From contig VGRO01000005.1 in assembly GCA_016875335.1 (NCBI GenBank), forward strand, positions 11,295 through 75,294: 64,000 nucleotides of DNA, read 5' to 3'. This document shows, one piece after another, positions 52,842-61,662 of this stretch. Position 1 is the first letter of the stretch. Each line of letters begins with the position of its first letter. This DNA comes from Deltaproteobacteria bacterium (GTDB taxonomy: Bacteria > Myxococcota_A > UBA9042). A model generated the notes under the pieces. It saw only the letters and a list, made by a program, of their open reading frames with translations. It had not been told where the DNA came from and made no database searches. Both the position numbers and the translations under genes were made by a program.

Positions 52842-54151
52842 GGTCCGACTGCCGGCGCGGGTTCGTGCAACAGCCCGCGCACGGCCGGGTGCACATCGAA
52901 CCACGGTTGGGCGTTGTGGTAGGCGAGGATGACCTGGGCGCGCACGAGATGGTCGAGGGCGGACAACTGGGCGCGGTCCACACGCACCTGCCGTTCGCGC
53001 GCAACTTCGCGCAACATCGGCAGGTCGTCGCGCGCGACCATGCGCTGCAGCTGGTCGCGGAATTCCGCGGCAAGTCGCTCGCGGGCCTGGGCGTCGAGCG
53101 GTACGTCTCCCACAGCGTGGACCGCATTTTGGAGCAGGCGCACCAGCTCCCGGGGATAGCCGCCCGACAGTCGAATCAGGTCGTCGACGGCCGCGGACCA
53201 GTCATCGCCGAAAAGTGCCTGCAGACCCGCCTCGTCGATGCGCTGGCGGACGATCGTTCGCGCAGCCTCGCGGCCAGCCGGCAGCAGCCGCGGCGGGTCC
53301 GCGAGGTCCAAGCGGTCGTGCAGCTTGATCATCGGCACCACGTCGATCGGGCGCCGCATGCGCCACATCAGCGCCATGGGCACCGTATAGACGGCGTGCA
53401 CGCCCAGGGCGAGGTCGTCGGCCTGCTGCACGAACACGCGCTCGGCGCTGTCGAGCACCTGCAGCCAAGTCGTCGAAATCCCGCGGAGCTTCTCCAACGA
53501 ATCGACGATGACCAATAGCCCCGCCCAGCCCGCGGCTTGCGCCTGGGCCTGCAGCGCGCCCATGTCCTTGCGCACATGGTCGACGAGCGCCCGCACCTGG
53601 GAGGCGGCATTGTTGCGAAACCGCTCGCGCAAATCGGGCCGCTGCTTCAGTTCCAGTACAGCCTCGGCCACGCCGGCCTTCGCAGACAGCTTGGTCAGTT
53701 CGACGTCCGTCTGGGTCAGCCAGGTCCACAAGCGCTGGGCGACGCCGGGCGTTCCCGGGTTGCCGCCGCACTCCTTGGCGACGGCGGCCTCTGTTGCGAT
53801 GACGATGCCGCAGAGCAGGTCGGGCACGTCAATCGGTGCGTCGAGGTCGAAGTAATCGTCGGCCTCCACCACGACGGGCAGCAGCTTGGCGGTACGGTCC
53901 TCGCGCAAGTGTTGGGCAAGGCGGCGCAGGTCGGTCGACTTGCCGCACCCCGGCAGGCCGGTCACGAAACGGCAGACGGGTTGATCCGCAAGCAGGAAGT
54001 GGTCGGCGAGCCGTTGCGACCACACGACGCCGCGCGGCTTCTCGCCGGCGACTTCAATGGCGTCGATGTCCACGTTGCGCGGGTCGTCCGGTGCCAGCAC
54101 CTCGTTGGGGATACACCGGTTGTAGTATTTGCGGCGGTCGGCGAAAAGCAT
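52838..54151 (-). CDS. P-loop NTPase (STAND/AAA-like)
   Basis: Start chosen at MLFADRRKYYNRCIP (54151; the ORF track extends to 54211). Walker A RFVTGLPGCGKSTDL; Walker B LLVIVDSLEKL. α-helical C-terminal half. Confidence 0.6.
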   Translation of the reverse strand: MLFADRRKYYNRCIPNEVLAPDDPRNVDIDAIEVAGEKPRGVVWSQRLADHFLLADQPVCRFVTGLPGCGKSTDLRRLAQHLREDRTAKLLPVVVEADDYFDLDAPIDVPDLLCGIVIATEAAVAKECGGNPGTPGVAQRLWTWLTQTDVELTKLSAKAGVAEAVLELKQRPDLRERFRNNAASQVRALVDHVRKDMGALQAQAQAAGWAGLLVIVDSLEKLRGISTTWLQVLDSAERVFVQQADDLALGVHAVYTVPMALMWRMRRPIDVVPMIKLHDRLDLADPPRLLPAGREAARTIVRQRIDEAGLQALFGDDWSAAVDDLIRLSGGYPRELVRLLQNAVHAVGDVPLDAQARERLAAEFRDQLQRMVARDDLPMLREVARERQVRVDRAQLSALDHLVRAQVILAYHNAQPWFDVHPAVRGLLHEPAPAVGP

Positions 54152-54303
54152 GCGGTACCTGCGCGGTTGCGGTCGCGTGGCGCAGTGTAGGCGAGGTTGC
54201 GATGGCCGCAAACATCCGCACGCGACCTGCCTTTGGGCTGGGCGGCTCGGGCGGCGGCTTGGCTCGGGGGCCCCGGGTTCTCAGATCAAGACGACGGCGG
54301 CTT

Positions 54304-56475
54304 TCAAAACACCGCCACCCCCTGCACCACCACGCCGCTCAGCTTGCCGTCGGCCCCGGCGTGCGGCGCCGCCATCACCGCGTCGAACGGCCATCGGACC
54401 CAGCCGGGCAATTTCCAAGCGCCGCCGCCGCTTCCCTGGCGCGCCGCTTTGACCGGCTTGTCGTCGGAAATCGCCACGCGCGCCAAGAGGCCTCCCAGCG
54501 CCAGCCCGACCGCCGACCCGCCGAGGTTGGCCTTGATGATGGCATCGCTGTCGGTGGTGAACATGGCGGTGAACAACGCCGCCAGGCCCGCGCCACACAG
54601 GCCGCCAAAGTTGGCGCCGGCCAGCACCCGCGGGTCGGCATCGACCACGGGCGACATCAACAGCGCCGTGGTGGCCAAGCCAAGGTCGGTGAGCAGCAGC
54701 ATGCGCCCGGCGGATGCCGTGTCGGAGGTGTCGTTTTCGAGCGCCAGGGTCCAACCCGCGAACCAGGCGCCCCACACCGCGCCGCTGCTGCCCATGGTCG
54801 TCTGCCAATTGTTCCACTGGGTCTGCTGGGACAGGGCCACACCGCCCAGGCCGAACAGCGAACCGCCGACCAGCGTCATGCCGAGCATCAGGTTGCTGCG
54901 GTCGCTGCTCCACTGGTGGTCGTTGGCCAGCACGCCAAGCCACGCGCCGTGCCACAAGCCGAGCAACGTCGAGATGGGCACGATAGCGCGGTCGCCGCCG
55001 CGGTACTCGGTGACGTCGCTCAGCCACACGCCGGCGAGCATCCCCGCCGCGCCGGTCGCAAGGTGCACCAGCTTGCCGTTGTCGTTGTCCTGGTTGGCCA
55101 AGAGCGCAATGCCGCCGCCGAGCGCCTTGCCGTAGCTCGCCATCAGCGCCACCTCGAAGACGTTGCCGACGGTCATCGCCGAATGCTGCGCAATGGCCAT
55201 GCCGCCGAGCAAGCCGAGTCCGCCGCCCAGGCCCATGCCACCGTACTCGGGCCGGTCGGGGCGAAAGACCGAGGCCAGAAAGCCGCCGTAGTACGCGCCT
55301 TCAGCCGCACCGTAGGCCGTCAGCGCGACGTCGCCGCTGGAGAAGCGCATGGCTGGCGCGGTCAAGACGCCGATGCCCAAACCGGCGAGGCTGCCGGCCA
55401 GGAGCGTCGCGTAGCCGGGCCGCTGGTCCTCTTGAGGGGTGGCCAACGCCAACGCGCCCGCCGTGGCCACCGCAGCCGAAACGCCGACGACGTCGACCGT
55501 CACCACGTCCTGGCTGGACAGGTTCAGGGCATCGGCCCCGAGCACCGCCAAACCCAACCCCGCGAGCTCGCCCGCCAGGGACAAGCCGGCGCGGATGCGC
55601 TCGACGCCCGACTCGTGTTCGCTGATGCGCTCGCCGGTGTTGGGGTTGACAGGTCTGTGGATGATGGCGTCGGCCGACAGCCACCCGGCCCACGAGCCCC
55701 AGCTCAGCGCGCTCAGGTAATAGTGCTGCCGCGCAGTGCTGATTTGGCGGCCAAAGATGTAGCCGGACCCGGCGCCGACCACCGAGCCGGCGACCCAGCC
55801 GATGGCTCCGGCCGATCGTGTCCCGGCGAAATCGCCGACCGATGACAACGCCCAGCCACCAAAAAAGCCGCCACCCAAGGTCGACAACACCGCCGAGCCG
55901 CCCAACTGCGGCAGCCCGCGGTCGGTCAGCACTTGCGGGTGGTCGCGGCCCAGCGTTTCGACCGCCGCCTTGCGCGTTTCCATGTCGCCGTCCAGGTTCG
56001 CGGCGATGCGGTAGAGGGCGTCTACCCCTTCTTTGCGGACGTGGCGGCTCAAGGCGTCCAGCGCCCCGCGCTGCGGCCGCAAGTTCTCGACGCCGGTGGC
56101 GATGTCGACCAGCGCCTGCACGGCCGACGGCTCGGCGACCTGCTGCAGCAGCAGGATGGCGGCTTCGCGCACGGCCGGGTTGTTGTCGTGCAGGGCGGCA
56201 TAGCGCAGGGCGGCCACGGCGCGCGGGTCCGCCGACGCGGCGACCTGTTTCCAGCGTTCCGGTCGGTGTTCGGCCGGAGCGGCCAAGGCGTCGAGCAGCG
56301 GCACGAGCAGCGCGCTGTCGGGCCGGGCGACCGCGGGCGGTGCCTCGACCGGCGTGGCGGCAACCGCTGGGGCGACGGGAACCGCAGGCGCTGCCGGAAT
56401 TTCGTCGGCCCGGGCCGGGACGCAGAGGCAAGCGCACGCGGCGACCACCGTCAGCAGTGCAAAGTGGGTGCGCAT
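54304..56475 (-). CDS. Secreted HEAT-repeat domain fused to a Gly-rich polytopic membrane domain
   Basis: Signal peptide MRTHFALLTVVAACACLCVPARA. The N-terminal ~150 aa are HEAT/PBS-lyase-like (AVAALRYAALHDNNPAVREAAILLL). They are followed by ~550 aa with many Gly/Ala/Leu-rich predicted TM helices (GWLSADAI..., GLGLAVLGADAL...). Confidence 0.55.
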   Translation of the reverse strand: MRTHFALLTVVAACACLCVPARADEIPAAPAVPVAPAVAATPVEAPPAVARPDSALLVPLLDALAAPAEHRPERWKQVAASADPRAVAALRYAALHDNNPAVREAAILLLQQVAEPSAVQALVDIATGVENLRPQRGALDALSRHVRKEGVDALYRIAANLDGDMETRKAAVETLGRDHPQVLTDRGLPQLGGSAVLSTLGGGFFGGWALSSVGDFAGTRSAGAIGWVAGSVVGAGSGYIFGRQISTARQHYYLSALSWGSWAGWLSADAIIHRPVNPNTGERISEHESGVERIRAGLSLAGELAGLGLAVLGADALNLSSQDVVTVDVVGVSAAVATAGALALATPQEDQRPGYATLLAGSLAGLGIGVLTAPAMRFSSGDVALTAYGAAEGAYYGGFLASVFRPDRPEYGGMGLGGGLGLLGGMAIAQHSAMTVGNVFEVALMASYGKALGGGIALLANQDNDNGKLVHLATGAAGMLAGVWLSDVTEYRGGDRAIVPISTLLGLWHGAWLGVLANDHQWSSDRSNLMLGMTLVGGSLFGLGGVALSQQTQWNNWQTTMGSSGAVWGAWFAGWTLALENDTSDTASAGRMLLLTDLGLATTALLMSPVVDADPRVLAGANFGGLCGAGLAALFTAMFTTDSDAIIKANLGGSAVGLALGGLLARVAISDDKPVKAARQGSGGGAWKLPGWVRWPFDAVMAAPHAGADGKLSGVVVQGVAVF

Positions 56476-56580
56476 CGGCTCCTCGTCGCCGGAACAGCCG
56501 GCGGCGGCATTGTGGACCTTGCGGCGAGTGGGGGCAATGGCGCCCGGGCGCGGCCCCCGCGGCTGACCGGATCCCGCTGA

Positions 56581-56761
56581 CTAGGAGCCTGTCGGACTAT
56601 CGTCCGACTGGCTCCGTGCTGGTTGCGATCGGGGCAGCGACCAAGAACTGCCTGAAGTAAATTCAGGCAGTTTCGGTCGCTGGCAGGCCGCAGCCGCGGC
56701 CTGCCTAGGAGCCTGTCGGCCAGAATCTGCCGATTCTGGCGTTTCGCCGACAGGCTCCTAG
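56581..56761. repeat. Cluster of three hairpin/palindromic elements sharing a 15-mer CTAGGAGCCTGTCGG
   Basis: 56581-56615: CTAGGAGCCTGTCGGAC-tatc-GTCCGACtGGCTCC (13/14 inverted repeat). 56646-56672: AACTGCCTGAA-gtaaa-TTCAGGCAGTT (11-bp perfect stem, AT-rich loop). 56705-56761: CTAGGAGCCTGTCGG [CCAGAATC-tgcc-GATTCTGG] cgtttcg CCGACAGGCTCCTAG (15-bp perfect outer inverted repeat nested around an 8-bp inner one). Confidence 0.6.
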
Positions 56762-56906
56762 CGTGTCGAAAACCGTTGTGCCATCATGGTTCTGAACAAA
56801 GGGGGGGCTTGTCCAGGTCACCGGCGTGCAGCGGCGCGGCGCAGAGGACGGCGGCGGTGGCGGCGGGGCCCAGGGTCGTGTCCGCCCGGTCGACAACGAA
56901 CGGCCG

Positions 56907-57614
56907 CTACTTGGGATCCGCGGCGGGCGCACCCGGCAACGGCGCGGGCGGCGGCGGCTGCAACACGTCGCCCTGGACCGGCGTAACGGCTGCGGCCGGT
57001 GGGACGGGCAGCGATGCCGGCGGAGGCGGTGGCGGTGCAGGCGCGGCGATCGGCGGGGCGCGAAACCGCACGGCGGGCGGATCGAACACCTGGCGCACCT
57101 TGACGCGGCCGGCCAACATCGAGCCGATGCCGATGCCTGCAAACGTGCCGATGACGGCGCCGTAGGCCATGCTGGTCAGCAGGCGTTGGATCTGTGCCTC
57201 ATTGTTGCCTCGGCCGAACTCCTCGCTGGCCAGGACGTACACTTCGCCGATGACGAATCCCACCTGCCCGGCGGCGATGCCGCCGACGATGCTCGGCCAA
57301 CTGCGCGTGTCGTCGCTGGTCAGGACGGCCTCGGCCTGCGGGGCGCGCGCGACCAGGGCCTGAACGCGGGCGTGGGCCTCTGGATCGCCACTTTGCACCA
57401 GGACCGCGCCGTCGTCGGACTCGACCTCCACGATCTTGACCGGCTCGGCGTCGGCAGGCGTCTCACCCAGATGCACGGTCTTGCCGATGACCTCGCGGCC
57501 GACCAGTTGCCGCGCAGGCACGGCGTACCGGATCGGCACGGCGCAGCCGGCAAAGGCAGCCAGGGTGGCGAGGGCCGCGAGGCGCACGGGACGGTCGAAG
57601 GCGGCGGTGGACAT
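56907..57614 (-). CDS. Lipoprotein with C-terminal TM segment and Pro-rich tail
   Basis: ATG at 57614. MSTAAFDRPVRLAALATLAAFAGC carries a lipobox. There is a hydrophobic stretch VIGTFAGIGIGSMLAG and a C-terminal PPPPPP tail. The longer ORF to 57746 has a junk N-terminus. Confidence 0.5.
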   Translation of the reverse strand: MSTAAFDRPVRLAALATLAAFAGCAVPIRYAVPARQLVGREVIGKTVHLGETPADAEPVKIVEVESDDGAVLVQSGDPEAHARVQALVARAPQAEAVLTSDDTRSWPSIVGGIAAGQVGFVIGEVYVLASEEFGRGNNEAQIQRLLTSMAYGAVIGTFAGIGIGSMLAGRVKVRQVFDPPAVRFRAPPIAAPAPPPPPPASLPVPPAAAVTPVQGDVLQPPPPAPLPGAPAADPK

Positions 57615-57702
57615 CGGTGGCTCCGGCGCTGCAAGCGCGGTCGAGCATTTTCGCAGGCGGCGCGGCGGTTTCATAGGGGCGGCCGCTCCCCGTCCGGGCG
57701 AC

Positions 57703-58245
57703 CTACCAGAAGGCCCACCCGACCGCGATCCCGACGGCGTTGGCACCGTGGTTGGGGTGCGCCGTCTCGGCGTTGGACAGGTGTTCCAGTTGCACCGCGG
57801 CGTGCCAGGCGTTGGCGGGCGCCTGCCAGCCGATGGCCAAGTTCGACAGCAAGTTCAGGCGCGAGGCGTTGCCGACGAACGGCCGGGCGCTCCACACCGT
57901 CGCGCTCGACCAACCGATGAAGGGGCCGGCGTGGTCGGCGGCGTCCCAGTACCAGCGCGTGGTGACGCCAAAGGCCAGGCACGGCACCCAACGGCCATCG
58001 GGGTTGCGCCAAAGGAACAACGGCATGGCCTTGGCGCCCATGGTGAAACCGCGCCACAGGGCGAACTCGCGCTCCAGATCCACGCGCACCAGCCACTCGG
58101 CCGAGCGGTCGAGGTCCACCGAGGCGAAAGCGTTGGCGCCGACGGCCGAAGCGCGCGCCCGCGGGGTCGCCGCCCTCGCCCACTGCGCGGGCAGCCCGGC
58201 GAGGCCGCAGGTAGCGAAAAACGCGAGGCGAAGGGCCAATGTCAC
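57703..58245 (-). CDS. PagL-like outer-membrane lipid A deacylase family β-barrel (tentative)
   Basis: A GTG at 58245 overlaps the upstream TGA (GTGA). The N-terminus VTLALRLAFFATCGLAGLPAQWA is a signal peptide. Alternating aromatic β-strands, the C-terminal motif ...QLEHLSNAETAHPNHG (the H.SN catalytic dyad pattern of PagL) and a terminal ...GWAFW. Confidence 0.45.
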   Translation of the reverse strand: MTLALRLAFFATCGLAGLPAQWARAATPRARASAVGANAFASVDLDRSAEWLVRVDLEREFALWRGFTMGAKAMPLFLWRNPDGRWVPCLAFGVTTRWYWDAADHAGPFIGWSSATVWSARPFVGNASRLNLLSNLAIGWQAPANAWHAAVQLEHLSNAETAHPNHGANAVGIAVGWAFW

Positions 58246-58862
58246 GGCTGGGTCGGCAGCGGCAGCGGCGATTGCGCCAAGCCGAGCGCCGCCCGAAAGC
58301 GCGGGTCGGCCAACAGGTGCTTGGCGATCTCGACCACGGCATTGCTGTACGTCTCTGCGTAGTTCTCGGCCGAGGCGGATCGGCCCCAGCGCTTGGACCG
58401 GCCGACCACCACGCTGTCGTACAGCACCGTGCCACTGCCGTCTTGCAGTTGGGCGTGCACCGCGACCTCGCCGTTGTAGGTGTTGTCTTCGCGCACGAAG
58501 AAATTCTGCACTGCGCCGCGCAGCACCCGGTTGCTGGCGCCTTCGACGACCGGGACGCCGCTCTGCGGCAGCACCTGGGCCAGACCGTGGCTGACGAACG
58601 CCGGCACCAGATCCGGGGTCGAGAGCGGGCGGGCGGGGCGGCCGCGGGCGTCTTCGCCGATCGTGGCCTGGTTGGCCCTGCGGTCGATGAACAAGTCCAC
58701 ACGCACCGGCGCCGCCGCACCGTATGCGCCTGGGCCCACCACGTTGAGGTCGTCGGTCGGCCGCCAAGTCAACCGAAGCTCGCGGGGTTGGTCGGCGCGG
58801 TCAGCGCCACCACACGCGGACACCGCCAGTACGGCAGCACACAGCAGGATCGAACGAGGCAT
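58242..58862 (-). CDS. Lipoprotein (206 aa)
   Basis: ATG at 58862. MPRSILLCAAVLAVSACGG carries a lipobox. Balanced composition. The upstream extension of ORF 58242..59309 is Arg/Pro-rich junk. Confidence 0.5.
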   Translation of the reverse strand: MPRSILLCAAVLAVSACGGADRADQPRELRLTWRPTDDLNVVGPGAYGAAAPVRVDLFIDRRANQATIGEDARGRPARPLSTPDLVPAFVSHGLAQVLPQSGVPVVEGASNRVLRGAVQNFFVREDNTYNGEVAVHAQLQDGSGTVLYDSVVVGRSKRWGRSASAENYAETYSNAVVEIAKHLLADPRFRAALGLAQSPLPLPTQP

Positions 58863-58996
58863 GGATCGGACCCGGCAGCGCATGGGCGCAGTCGGGCGAT
58901 TGTCGGGCAGCGGACCGTTGGGTTCAAGGTGGGTGCCGGCCTTGGCGGCTCGCCGCGCCGTGCTACGCTGCCGGACCCTGCCCAAACGGAGCAGCC

Positions 58997-60004
58997 ATGG
59001 CCAAATCGAGATCCGAACGCGAATTCGAGGCGATTGTCGGCGATTTCCTGACAGGGCCGGTGCGACCGATCCACAAGGGCGGTCCGCCCGCGGCGAAACC
59101 ACCCGCCGCGCCGCCAGCCCCCGCCCAGGTCCAGGTGGCCGTCCCGCCACCAGCCGCTGCGACCGCGGAACTGGCCGCCCGGGACGCACAGATTGGGGCC
59201 CTGCGCGCACAGTTGTCCGCCGCTGAGGCAGGAGTGGCCGCAGCCCGGGAAGCAGTCGCCACAGCCACGCAGCGCGCGCAGGTGGCCGAGGCGGCCCTCG
59301 CGAGCGCACAGCGGCAGGCGCGCGAGGCCGACAGCGAGCGCCGGGCGCAGTCGCGCCGGACCACCGAACTGCTGCAGCAGTTGACCGCGGTCCAAAGGCA
59401 GTGGGCGGGCGCCGATCGCCGCGGTCTCGTCGCAGCGCGCGGCTTGGTCGGGGACGAAGCGGTCGAGGCCCTGCGGCTTTTCCTCGCGGCGCGCGGGACC
59501 AAGGCCGTCGATGCCATGCTCGATCGCGACCCGGCCGAGCTGTGCCTGCTCTTGGAGCGATTGGTCGTCAGTTGCGGCTCCGGTGACTGCACGCCGCGCC
59601 ACGCCGACGTCCTGGTGCTGCTGGTGCCTCGCGATCGCTGCGAAGTCTGCGCCGGCTCGGACAGCCGCCAAGCGTTTTCTGCCTTTTGCACCGCGTTGCG
59701 GGCCGCCGGTTTCAGCCGCTGCACGGTCGTCGGGGGATCGCCGGCCTACCGCGAGATGCTGCGCGACCTCGGCCGAACGCAGGGCGTGGGTCTGGACCTC
59801 AGATTCGTCGCCGACGTGGCCCCCAACGCGGACCAACGCGCCAAGCAAGTGCGCGGGCTGGTGATCATCTGGGGCGCGACTGCCGTGGACCACGCCGCCA
59901 CCAGCCACTACCGCGATGCGGGCGATAAGGTGTTGGAGATCCCTCACCGCGGCATCGGCGGCATGTTGCGCAAGGCCGCGGCCGAGTTGCAGAAGAACCG
60001 CTGA
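58997..60004 (+). CDS. Hypothetical protein with N-terminal coiled coil and conserved-looking C-terminal domain
   Basis: GGAG lies 7 nt upstream of ATG 58997. There is an Ala/Gln/Glu-rich heptad-like region (aa 60-130) followed by a globular region with several Cys (VVSCGSGDC...CEVCAGSD...). Confidence 0.5.
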   Translation: MAKSRSEREFEAIVGDFLTGPVRPIHKGGPPAAKPPAAPPAPAQVQVAVPPPAAATAELAARDAQIGALRAQLSAAEAGVAAAREAVATATQRAQVAEAALASAQRQAREADSERRAQSRRTTELLQQLTAVQRQWAGADRRGLVAARGLVGDEAVEALRLFLAARGTKAVDAMLDRDPAELCLLLERLVVSCGSGDCTPRHADVLVLLVPRDRCEVCAGSDSRQAFSAFCTALRAAGFSRCTVVGGSPAYREMLRDLGRTQGVGLDLRFVADVAPNADQRAKQVRGLVIIWGATAVDHAATSHYRDAGDKVLEIPHRGIGGMLRKAAAELQKNR

Positions 60005-60186
60005 ACTACAGCCTTGCCGGCCTGCCAGGCCGTGCTATACAGGATCGCCGAATTCCGGCACCAAGTGCCGGACCGGTGATCATGTGCTTGCTGGGTGGGT
60101 CGCCAAGCTCGCGGCTCCGTCCAAAGTTTGATCTCGAACTTCGGTGACTTTGTATACCCTGCGGCGCGCCGCACGGTGCCCGACCC

Positions 60187-61503
60187 ATGGCCAAGTTCCG
60201 CATCGCCGACGTCAACGATTTCTTGAGCCTGACCGGCGGCGGGGTGCGGCGCTACCACCTGGAAAAGCTGCGTTTCCTCAGCAAGCGCGACGACATCGAG
60301 TACCACCTGCTGCTGCCGAGCGACCGGCCCGGGGTCGAGGTCTTCGGCCACGCGCGCGTCCACCACGTCCCGGCGCTGCCGCTGCTGAAATCCGGATACC
60401 GCCTGATGGCCAACCCGCTGCGGGTACGGCAGGTGCTGCGGGCGATTCGCCCCGATCTGGTCGAAGTCGGCAGTCCCTATCACACCCCAGATTTCGTCCG
60501 GTTTGCGCTGTGGGGGCTCGACGTGCCGGTGGTCGGCTTCTGGCACGCGAACTTTCCGGTGACCGATGTCGGGCGGGTGTTGCGCAAGACTGCTGCGTGG
60601 CTCGGCGATCTGGGCGAGCGCGCGGCGTGGGCGTGGGCGCGGCGCACCTACGGCAAGATGGCGGCTACCCTGGCCGCTACGCACTGCATGGTGGACCAGT
60701 TGCACGATCACGGCATCGGCCGGGTCATCCATTCGCCGCTCGGCGTCGATACGCAGATGTTCCACCCGCGGCACCGCGATCGTGCGCTGCGCGGCAGTTG
60801 GGGGGCGGGCGACGGCGACATGGTCATGGCCTATGCCGGCCGGCTGAGCGAGGAGAAGAACTACCGGCCGCTGCTCGATGCCTACGAGCGCCTGCGGGCC
60901 ACGACCGAGTTCAAGCCGATTCTGGTGGTCGCCGGCAACGGGCCGGGCGCCGAGCAAGTGCAGCAGATGGCGGCGCGCTACACAGAGGTGACGTTTCTGG
61001 GCTTCGTCGAGCAACCGCGCGAGGTGGCGCGCATCCTGGCGTCGGTGGACGCCGTGGCCTCGCTGTCGCCGTATGAGACCTTTGGGCTGGCGGCCGTCGA
61101 GGCGCTGGCCTCGGGCGCGGCGCTGGTCGGTTCGACGCGCATGAGCATCGGCGAACTGCTGGCGGCCACTCGCTCGGGCATCGCGCTCGACGTCGTGGAC
61201 GCCGAGACGGTGGCGTCGGCGTGGATCGAGCTGCTCAAGCCCGGGCGGGCGGCGCTGCTTGGCGCTCGCGGCCACCAGGAGGCCCAGGCCCGCTACAGTT
61301 GGAAAGCGACCTTCTCGCGGCAGCTACAGGTGTATCAGGAGGTCATCGCCGACGCCCTGGAGGCGCGATCGGCCCCGCGCCTGGTCGGGTCGCGCATCGC
61401 CGGCCTGCTGGCGACCGACGACGAGGCCGCCGTGGCCGCGCGCGCCGCCCGCACGGAACGCGAACGCAGGCCCAGGTCCGGCGCAAATCGGCAACCTCCT
61501 TGA
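60187..61503 (+). CDS. GT4-family (GT-B fold) glycosyltransferase
   Basis: The C-terminal half has YAGRLSEEKNYRPLLDAY...VVAGNGP...SPYETFGLAAVEALASGAALVGS, the E-x7-E-like GT4 signature region. Confidence 0.7.
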   Translation: MAKFRIADVNDFLSLTGGGVRRYHLEKLRFLSKRDDIEYHLLLPSDRPGVEVFGHARVHHVPALPLLKSGYRLMANPLRVRQVLRAIRPDLVEVGSPYHTPDFVRFALWGLDVPVVGFWHANFPVTDVGRVLRKTAAWLGDLGERAAWAWARRTYGKMAATLAATHCMVDQLHDHGIGRVIHSPLGVDTQMFHPRHRDRALRGSWGAGDGDMVMAYAGRLSEEKNYRPLLDAYERLRATTEFKPILVVAGNGPGAEQVQQMAARYTEVTFLGFVEQPREVARILASVDAVASLSPYETFGLAAVEALASGAALVGSTRMSIGELLAATRSGIALDVVDAETVASAWIELLKPGRAALLGARGHQEAQARYSWKATFSRQLQVYQEVIADALEARSAPRLVGSRIAGLLATDDEAAVAARAARTERERRPRSGANRQPP

Positions 61504-61662
61504 CAGCATTCGGCACCGCTTTACAATACCGCCGCTTGCGCCCCGGTCGGGCGCGCGTTGGCATGGGGTCAGCGCGTCCCCGGCACAGCGCAACCTGATA
61601 CGCCCGTTCGCATTTTTCTCGCCGGCCATTGGGATCGGCGCTGCAGGGCGCGAGGAATTTCC

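Noticed and set aside
53836-55845. Plus-strand ORF 53836..55845 (669 aa)
   Set aside because: It is antisense to the HEAT/membrane protein and NTPase genes, and Arg/Gly/Ala-rich.
60045-60075. Hairpin CCGGCAC-caa-GTGCCGG downstream of the coiled-coil protein gene, as a possible intrinsic terminator
   Set aside because: No U-tract follows. Short GC palindromes of this kind occur by chance at this GC content.
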